Positions 54,772-64,000 of a DNA stretch of 64,000 nt are shown piece by piece. Every line of letters starts with the position of its first letter. Within the stretch, counting starts at the first letter, position 1. The position numbers and the translations under genes were made by a program. The DNA is from Phaeosaccion multiseriatum (taxonomy: Eukaryota; Protista; Ochrophyta, other classes), in assembly GCA_965112735.1 (NCBI GenBank), contig OZ218963.1, forward strand, positions 186,001 to 250,000, read 5' to 3'. The notes beneath the pieces are model-generated. The model was not told the DNA's origin, ran no database searches, and saw nothing but the letters and a program-made list of their open reading frames with translations.

Positions 54772-57700
54772 CACCACAGACAGGCAAGTGGGGCACAGGT
54801 GAGCCGAGCCGAGCCTCCCCTGCCTCCATCCACTGCCATCCATCCCATCCCTCCGTCCTCCCTCCATCCTGCCTCCATCCCATCCCTCCGTCCTCCCTCC
54901 ATCCTGCGTCCCGCCCCGTACCTGTGGCAGACGGGTTGGCAGACAGGTTGGCAGACCGGTCGGTGGCTCTCGGTGAGGCTCCATCTGACACGTGCATGGC
55001 CCCCGCCTCTGGACCTCGCTGTTGCTCTCCACCTGCTGCTCCTGCTGCTCCTGCTGCTGCTGCGGCTTCTCCTCCAACCCCTCCTGTATCACCAACTGGT
55101 GGTGGTGGTGGTGCTTTCCCTTCTCCTCCCCCTCCCCAGCCGAGTGCCCCGAACAGCGCCGTTCCGCTGAAGCCCACCTCGGGTTCGTTGGCTCGAGCCG
55201 AGTCGCTCTTACACAGGGGGATGAAGTTCAGCCGGACGCCGTCGGTATCTGTTGCATCTCCTGTGTCGCCACCCTGCACCTGGGAGAGGGAGTTGTGATT
55301 CGGCGGAAGAGAAGAAGAGGCGACGAGGCGAGGAGGTGAGGGCATTTGGAGCCGACCAAGGGGGCAGGGCAGAGAGAGACGAGGCTAGAAGAGTGGTGGG
55401 AGGAGGTTGGCGATGGAGGAGAGAAGTATGGTTATGGTGAAGACACACAAGGGCAGAGACCAGAGGGCAGAGACCAGAGGGCAGAGTGAGGAGTAAACAG
55501 GCGTTACATGTTAAGGTTGAGGGTTGGGGGGCAGGTGTGGCAGGAGAGAGAGAGAGAGAGAGAGCCGCGCTACGTGGGGAGCAGGAGAGGGTTCCGGCTC
55601 GGCATGGAAGAGAGGCCCGTGCCGGGCAAGGGTCAGGGCCAGAGCAAGAGCAAGGGTAAGGGTGCCCTGGGGGAGCTGGGGCATGCCTCTGTTGCAACCC
55701 CCACTTGCTTGCCCCTCCATGTCCTGCATGCACCATACACCTTGAGGTAAAGTGTCGAGTCGATCATCACGCCGCTCTCCTGCAGACTCGCTCCGTCCTC
55801 ATTGAGCTCTCGGCCCCCGCAGTGCAGCACTTGCTTCGCGGGGTCCACATTGGTCTGCTCGAAGATCTAAGGGGGAAAGCGCGTGCGTGTGTGCGCGTGT
55901 GTGTGTGTGCGTGTGTGTATGTGCGTGTGTGTGTGTGCGTGTGTGTGCGTGTGTGTGTGCGTGTGTGTGTGCGTGTGTGTGTGTGTGCGTGTGTGTATGT
56001 GCGTGTGTGTGTGCGTGTGTGTGCGTGTGTGTGTGCGTGTGTGTGCGTGTGTGTGTGCGTGTGTGTGTGCGTGTGTGTGTGCGAGTGTGTGTGAGTGTGT
56101 GTCCATGTGTGTGTATGTGTGTGCGTGTGTGTGTGCGTGTGTGTATGTGTGCGTGTGTGTGTGCGTGTGTGTATGTGCGTGTGTGTGCGTGTGTGTGCGT
56201 GTGTGTGCGTGTGTGTGCGTGTATATGCGTGTGTGTGCGTGTGTGTGTGCGTGTGTGTGTGTGTGGCGAAGCAGGGGCATGTTTGAGGATGCGCTCCTGG
56301 GATGAAGGCGTGACGACTCGAGGGAGGGGAGGCTGCTGTACTGGAACATGAAGGAGCTTGTTGAGGTTGTTGGAAGATGCGACCCTGCTCACATTGCTCA
56401 CACAGATACACACACGCTCTCTCCCTCGTCCACACGCACACACATACACACCCACCCACACACACACACACACATGGACACACACTCACTTTGAACTTGC
56501 AGAGGCTGATGGTGTCGTCGCTGCTGCACGTGATGTGGACGGTGCGGGCCTGTGTGTGCAAGGCAACAGTTGGCGGTAATGTCAGAGACTGTACACCGCA
56601 CATGCGCCCTTCAATGCATGGACGGGAAGGCGCCCCAATACGCGCAACAGACAACAGAGTGCAAACCGGAGTGTCTACCTGCCCATACACTTCTACCCTG
56701 CCCTGTCCATACACTCTTCCCCTTCTCTTTCCTGGCTTGTTCTTCCCTGTCTTGCCCTGGCCTGCCCTCCCCTACTCTGCCGTGCCCGGCCTTGCCTCTA
56801 CACCTCTAATCTGCCCTGCCCATACACCTCTACTGTTGCCCGTAAACCTCTACCTTGTCCTGCCGCACCCTGCCCATACACCTCTAACCTGCCCTCGCCC
56901 CTACCTTGGTTCGATTCTTCCGTGCCCTGCTGCTGCTCCGGACGGACTTCCCTGCTTCCCCTGCCCCTGCTGCTGTATCACCAACTGCCCCCCCGTTGGG
57001 GTCAGGCACTGCCTCCGCCTCCGCAAGCTGCACCACAGGCATGCGCTGGGCCTGAGTAAGTCAGCAAGTCAAGCAAGTACCCATCCAATTCACAAATGCC
57101 AAGCAATCCAATAAACGTGGCGTGTGAGCGTGCGTGTTCGCGCGTGTGTTTGCGCATGTGTGTGCGCGTGTGTGTGGGCGTGAGCGTGCGGCAATGACAA
57201 GTGGAATGTTCTGTTTCTAAATGTTCCTCGGCCGCTCGCTCTTTCTTCCTTTGTTCCTTTCAAAACAAAGAAAAAGCGTGTGAGGGGACATTCATTGACT
57301 TACAGGTGTGAGGGGCGGGGCGGACGAGCTAGTTCTCAAGGCCAGTCCATTGCCCCCCCCCCCCTCCCCTCCCCTCCCAACCCAACTTGACCCAACTTGA
57401 CTCACCTCGAAAGCCGTCCTAGCGAGTTGGTGCTCCGCATCCCTGACTTTGCTGCAATCACAGCACTGGGGCGGGTCCGTGTTGAGGATCATCATGGGAG
57501 GCAGGCTCACACAAACTTCCAGGCACTCAGGGACTTTGATGCCGTAGTTGGACACAAGCTCAATCCACTCTTGTTGCGTCAGCACCTCGGCTTCTCGGAG
57601 GAGGTGATCCCCGGATTCCTTTTCTGGCCTGGCAAGCAAAAGACGACAAGAGAGGGAGAGGTGGGGGCGGGGGGGGTGAGACTGGAGGGACTAGGGAGAA

Positions 57701-57780
57701 ACAGGGGACACACACACGCACTCACACACTCACACACACACACACACACACGCACTCAGACACACACACGCACTCACACA

Positions 57781-57855
<75 letters not shown>

Positions 57856-59153
57856 TCATGCACTCACCCAAAGCCCTTGGGCTTCTTCCCTTCGAAGAGG
57901 TGCAAAACACCGAGGGGAAGCACAGGGCGGCCATGAGGGCAGCGCAGAGAAGCGTTGGTCAGGGGCGGGGGGGGCTCTAGTGAGACTCGCCACTCGTGCA
58001 GCCAGGCAGCCTCCACGATGTAGAAGCGGTCCTCCTTCTGCAGGGGAGGGAGGGAGGGAGGGAGGGAGGGAAGAGAGAGAGAGAGGAAAGGATGGCAGCG
58101 GATGTAGGAGGAGAGCAAAAGGGAAGGGGCAGGGAGAGAAGAGAGGGAGGGAGGGAGGGAGGGAGGGAGGGAGGTCAGCAAAGTGAAGCGAATGAAAAAA
58201 AAAGGGAAGCACGGCATCTACTTCTCCCTCCCTCCCTCCCTCCCTCCCTACCCTCCCTTCCTCCCTCCCTCCCTCCCTCCCTCCCTCCCTCCCTCTTGCT
58301 CACCTGGGGCATGTGCTGCGGGTCATTCCTCCACCCGTCCATCATGAACCTCTTGGGACAGCCCGTCTTGCGTGCGAAGAGGGCCTTGAGGCCGCTGGAG
58401 CCCTGCAAGATGGCACTGCGCCGCTCCTGCAGCTCCTTCTTACGGGAACTCTGACCGTCCGACTGAGGGCAGCAGGGAGAGGGAGAGGGAGAGGGAGAGG
58501 GAGAGGGAGAGAGAGAGAGAGGGGAGGAGGGATAGAGAGAAGGGAGGGCAAGGAACAAAGACGACGCACAAGAGAGAGAGAGAGAGAGAGGAAGAGCGGA
58601 AGACGGAAGAGAAGACCAAGAGGAGGTGACGTGTTTGGTTGACGAGGAGTGACGTTGGCAGTGGCTTTGTCAGCAATACGTACTACCAACAGCACAGGGA
58701 TGGGGGGGAGGGTGAGCACGTGCACACAGGCACACATCCCCCACGCTCTCCTGTTCACTTGATTGGGTCTCTTGTGTTGGGTGCCCACCCAACCCCACTA
58801 AGGTCTTGTTGACGTAATTGGGTCTCCTGGGTGGTCAACCAACCCCACACCCCCCTGCACAAACTAACCTTCTGCTTGCACACGACACACACGCCCGAGG
58901 CCTCCGGGACGGCGATGGCCTGCGGAAAGTGGGTCTTCACCAGGGCCCAAGTGCGTCTAGATACGAGCTTGTAGGCCCTCTTGGTGGCGGAGGGGCAGCG
59001 CATGCCGTGTTCGCATAAGATGGAGGAGTTGACGAGGTCGTCGAGCTCGGGCATAACAGGTCCTGGTGGGGAAGGGCGGATGGGTAGCAGTAGTTACAGT
59101 CGTAGTTGTAGTAGTTTAGTAGTAGCAGTCGTCGTCGTGGTAGTAGTAAATAG

Positions 59154-59200
<47 letters not shown>

Positions 59201-59438
59201 ATAAAAGGAGAAGGAGGAGTAGGTTAGCAGCAGCAACAGTAGCAGCAGTCCGAGCCCCCCCCCCCCCGTCACACCTCACCTGCCCTGGCGTTCTTCTTCG
59301 CCGCTGCCCCCTTATCCCCCCTGCCCTTGCCTGAGGAGGAGCTCAGCCACTTGTCCAACGCTGTGCTCTTGAGGGAGGAGCTCACCGCTCGACAGGTCTG
59401 GGGGGGTGGGTGTGTGTGTGTGTGCGTGTGTGTGCGTG

Positions 59439-59483
<45 letters not shown>

Positions 59484-62400
59484 GTGTGTGTGTGTGTGTG
59501 TGCGTGTGTGTGTGTGTGCGTGTGTGGGGGGGGGGGGCGATCGGGACGAATTATACACCCATCGGAGGGGTAGGGGCGGAGAGGAGACGGCAGGGGGGGG
59601 CAGGAGGAAAGGACAGGGCAGGCAGGAGAGATTGGGCTCGTCTCCGCTGCAGCTAGAGGCACCAAGAATGTGGCACATGTCGATATGCTGACATCACTCA
59701 AGTCGAATTGTCCGAAAAGACCTTCGGAGGCAGTGAATGGCACCTTTCGCCTGGTACACGCAAAAAATTAGCCACAAACACACACGCGCACAAACACAAA
59801 CACACACACACACACACACACACACTCAATTACCTTCTCGTGGAAGCTCTTGAGCTGCGAAATCCACTTCCTGGCCACGAGGAACACTGCACCATCACCA
59901 TCACCATTGACTTCAGTGCAGTCGCCGCCATTGACTGCCTTCCCCTTGCGCTTCCCTGCGCCACATGCTTCCAACTCCTGCTGCTGGCGCTGTACCACCA
60001 ACTGCTGCAACAATATCCCCTCATCAACCTTGTCGCCTGTCCCTCCCGATGCGTCCCTCCCGTCCACTGCCACCCCCCCCCCCTTCACCTCTCGTGGAGG
60101 TATCTCTGGCTCTGGCTGCTCCAGCGCGACGAGCAGCATCTCATTCCGTGAGGCCCTGGCCAGGAAGGCAGGCAGGCAGAGAGAGAGGAGAGAGGAGAGA
60201 GGAGAGAGAGGAGAGAGAAGCGGTTGAGCAGAGACGAGGCCACACGTGTCAACAGCGCAGCGGACGGAGTATAGGAAACGCGCATCGGTTGCGTACACGC
60301 GCTCTTGCACACCCGCAGGTCTAAGTTTCTCACTCACTCCCTCCACTCCGAAACTTGAAACTGAAAACTGACACCCGAAACCTCACCTCTGGAAGTCGCC
60401 CTGGCATTCCTCCAAATAGTCCTGCACGCACGCTTGGCATGTGAAGTTGTCATGCCTCAGCACTCTGTCCACCGCCCCTCTCTCCCAGCTGCTGCTGCCG
60501 TCCCCATTGACCTCTCCCCCTCCCATCCTCGCCCTCGCCCTCGCTCTCCCGTTCTCGATGTTCGCCTCGCCGCTCTCCTCGGTCTTGCTCCGTTTCCCCG
60601 CACAATTCTCTCGCTCCTGCTCCTGCTCCTGCTCCTTCTTGCGCTGCTGTTGCTGCTGCTGCTCGGGAGGCACATGCACAGAGCGCACTAACTGCTCAAA
60701 CACGTCTACTGTCACTAGCTTGAACAGCTTCATCGTTGTCGGGTGAAGTCCACCACCCACTTCTCCTTCTCCTTCCCATGCACAGCCATCGCCCTTCCCC
60801 AGCCCCTGGGAGAGCTTACCGCAGAGGTAGGGTGCATGCTCCATGGGCTTGGCGAACACATCACAGCGTTGCCCTCCCCAGACACCTCCGCCACCCGAGT
60901 AACCCCTGCCACCGCCCCCGCCAGCAGCGTCATCGTCGCTATCCATCCCCACCAACACGGGTGCGCTCGCCGATCCCGGCTCAGGCTCATCCTGCGTATG
61001 CTCTGCCGCCGTCTCTCTCTCCCCTTCTCCCTTGCCATCTCCTCCTCCCTCTCCTCCACCGCCTCCCCCTCCTCCTCCGCCAACTCCTGCTCCTGCCCAC
61101 GCTCCCTTGGAGAGCTCGGCCAAGAGCTCTGGTACTGGAGGTTGGGTCACCTCCTCCCCGATGACCCACTGCTTCAGCCAATGTGCCGATACCAGCCGGA
61201 AGGGCCCCCCATACCGTGCTTCGTCTGATTGGGCATTCAATTGGGCATCTGAAGGCCCGGCAGGTGTCTTGGGAGGCAGCCCGCTCTTACTCACCAACGC
61301 CTTCTCGTCGTCGGAGGGGCCATCAATCACCTCAACCGTATCACCAACTGCTGCTGCTGCTGCTGCTGCTGCTGCCGCCTCCGCCTTCTTCCCTGTGCCA
61401 TTCTTCTTTGCTCTCTGTTCCTCAACACCCTCCCCCTCGTCCTCCCATCCCCCCTCCTCTTCCTCCTCCCCCTCCTCTTCCGCCTCCACCTCGGTGTTAG
61501 CATCATACACTTCCAAAGCTTCGGGATCGTTCTCATCCTGAACCAAATCCACCTCCTTCCCCTTCCCCTTCCCCTTCCCCTTCCCCTTTCCCTTCCCCTT
61601 CCCCTTCCCCTTCCCGCTCCGTTTCCCCGTGCTCGTCTTCTTGTTGGGAGAGGAGGAGGACGATGCCCCCAACGGAGGCGTACCAAAGAGCTGCCGGTAG
61701 AGCCGCTTCCGATCCCTGATCCTCTCCTCTGCCTGTGCCTTGTCCCTCTCGTAGCTCTCGCACTCCGCCATCACCACCGCACAGCTCGTCTCGATAGTCT
61801 TCTTCACGTGCTCTGGAACGATACCTGGTCGGAGCTGAAGGGACGCCCCGGCGAGGGGCGGTGGTACGTCGGGTGCCATCTTGCCCTGCTCCTCTTGGAC
61901 ACTGGCACTCACACTGCCGCCGTCCCGCGCTCTCTTTTTCTTGGGCCTCTGCCCCCCTCCTCCGTCTTGGTCCCCTTTCAAGCCCCTTTCCTTGGGCTGT
62001 TCTTGCTGCTCGTCTACCCTACCCTTCTGCTGCTGCGTGAAGAAGCCTTTGCGGTAGTACATGAGCAAGTAAGCATCTTCAGAGGGCTGTGGTTTGGCCC
62101 CATTGCTCTCACTGCCACCACTCTGTGTGCCACTGCTCTTGCCACTGCTCTTGCCACTGCTCTTGCCACTGCTCTTGCCACTGCCCTTGCTGCTGCCCTT
62201 GCTGTTGCATTTGCCGCTGCCGCTTGTTCTGTTTGACGCCTTGGTGGTGGAGTGACCACTTGAGCCCGTGATTACCCCCTCCACATCATCATCATCACCA
62301 CCACCACCCCCACCATTCTCTTTGCCCCTCGCTGCCTTTCCTGCCGACCCTCCTTGTCCACCCCCTTTCACCATCTCAGTGTCCAACTGCTCGTCATCTT

Positions 62401-63782
62401 CATCACTGCACTCTATACTCACTACTTCCTTCCCCTCCTCCTCCTCCTCCCCCTTGTTCCCAGCCTTCGCCGTACTCCTGCCTTCACCGGCCTTGTTCGC
62501 TCCCTCTCCCACCTTACTCCTCGCGACCTCCGTGACCACCTCGTCGTCAAATAGGAACCACTTGCCGCTCACGGGGTCTCGAACCTCTGCCACGTAGTGC
62601 CCTCCGTGTGCGCTCACCCCCTTATGATACAAGATGCACCCCAGATCATACTCATGCTCCTTCTCGCCATCTGCGACTCTATCCCTACCCATACGACTGC
62701 CGATGTCGTCGTCGATGCCATTGGCTGCCATCGTCATCACCGCCGCCTGGGCCTGAGCCTTTCCCTTTCCCTTTCCCTTTCCCTTCCCCTTTGCGCCTTC
62801 GTCCTCCTTCTCTCCCCCTACGACCTTGCGCCTCTTGTGGACGGCGCCGCTCCCCCCCCCCCCCTCTCTCTCTCTCTAGCCCCTCTTCCGTAGTACTGGA
62901 CTTGCCCTTGCTGTTGTCCTTGCTGCTGCTACGTGTCTCAGTGTATCCAGAGAGGTCGAGTACATCTGGCACGTCAATTTTGGTGCGCAGTTTGGTCCTC
63001 TGAAGCGTCGCCATGTTGTACTGATAGCGCACAAGCTGTGTGTGCGCGTGTGTGTGCGTGTGCGTGCGTATGTGTGTGTGCGTGTGTGTGCGTTGTGTGT
63101 GTGCGTGTGTGTGCATGCGAAGACATAGGCAGGGGGAGGGCAAGAGAGCAGGACGAACGCATCAGAAATCGCTTCTACCCTCTACCAGTAGGGCAAGCAC
63201 CAGGGCAACGCCACAGTACACGTCCGGCTCATGGAGAGAAAAAAACAAATTAAGTCAGTGAGTCACCAAATAAGTCAGTGAATCACCCCCCTTACCCACC
63301 GCACCTGAATAGAGAGGGCTGGTGGGAGCCTCTGTAGTTTGATGGAGCGTGTGGCCGACGTCTTGGTGTCACAAACCTGCCGCATGGCGCGACACCGCAT
63401 GCGAGCACAGCAAGAGAAGGGAGCACAGGTGGGATGGGGAGGAGAGCGACGGCAGCATATGGCAGCGGCGGCAGAGCAAGGAAGGGTGAGGGAACAGGAA
63501 TACCGGGCGGGGGGAGGGTGCAAGCAAGCAAGAAGCAAGTAAGTAGCTTAGCTCTGTCTCACTCACCCAGCATAAGTGCTCTCTCCTTCTGACTCTCCCT
63601 CTCCGTCTCTCGCTCTCTCTCCGTCTCTCTCTCTCTCTCCCTCCTTCTCCCTCTCCCTCTCCCTCGCTCTCTTGTTCTCTCTCTGCTTCACTCACCGAGC
63701 AGAAGTATGCGTTGTCCCCGCAGAGTTGCTCCGGAGTCAGATATGCCTCCAGACACGCGCCCACGCTCTTCAGACCGTTCAC
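54249..63782 (-). CDS. USP48: Ubiquitin-specific protease, USP48/UBP26-like (USP, DUSP-like and UBL domains plus C-terminal Zn ribbon); 5'-partial
   Basis: [12 protein letters not shown]|[10 protein letters not shown]|LVRY, His box [21 protein letters not shown]...[20 protein letters not shown]-like VARKWI and [26 protein letters not shown]|IFE...[19 protein letters not shown]...CLAC. The Cys box lies beyond the window. Confidence 0.85.
55881..56264. repeat. (TG/CG)n degenerate dinucleotide repeat in USP intron
   Basis: Directly visible. Confidence 0.9.
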
Positions 63783-63835
63783 CTGAGAGAGGGGGGTACA
63801 AGCATCGGCATCAGGTACAGAGAGAAACGGCCAGT

Positions 63836-64000
63836 CAGTGAGTGAGTGAGTGGGTGAGTGAGTGAGTGAGTGAGTGAGTGAGTGAGTGAGTCAGTGAGTG
63901 AGTGAGTGGGTGAGTGAGTGAGTGAGTGAATGAGTGAGTGGGTGAGTGAGTGCAACTTGGTGAGTGAGTGCGTGAGTGAGTGAGTGAGTGAGTGGGTGAG
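63836..64000. repeat. (GAGT)n microsatellite in USP intron
   Basis: Directly visible. Confidence 0.9.

Noticed and set aside
62852-62864. Frameshift in the USP gene (pseudogene or programmed frameshift)
   Set aside because: It falls in a 13-nt C homopolymer, so it is most likely a sequencing error. The rest of the gene looks intact.

Overview
Intron-rich, GC-rich eukaryotic nuclear DNA. The gene style (AP2-domain factors, microsatellite-filled introns) suggests a stramenopile alga, possibly a eustigmatophyte; this is an inference. About 11 host genes are present: a GT32 glycosyltransferase with B-lectin repeats, a lipin-like protein, an AP2+PDZ protein, an unknown Zn-finger protein, mitochondrial GRX5, thymidylate kinase, POLD3, PRP4 kinase, a bromodomain+PWWP+AP2 protein, an FNIP-repeat protein and a USP48-like deubiquitinase. 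The standout is a ~4 kb foreign island (~24250-28220) between the convergent GRX5 and thymidylate kinase genes. It is intronless and AT-richer (sampled lines 37-47% GC). It is an array of single-gene cassettes: two OtsB-like trehalose-6-phosphate phosphatases, one catalytically degenerate paralogue and one small membrane protein. Each gene starts just 3' of the same motif, GCCGATATATCCTG^AT. That motif closely matches the Agrobacterium T-DNA border / MOBP relaxase nick site, and in the complete copy it is preceded by a ~76-nt hairpin. My hypothesis is integrated mini-T-DNA-like cassettes, i.e. relaxase-mediated bacterium-to-alga gene delivery. Host exon coordinates were read by eye and are approximate.
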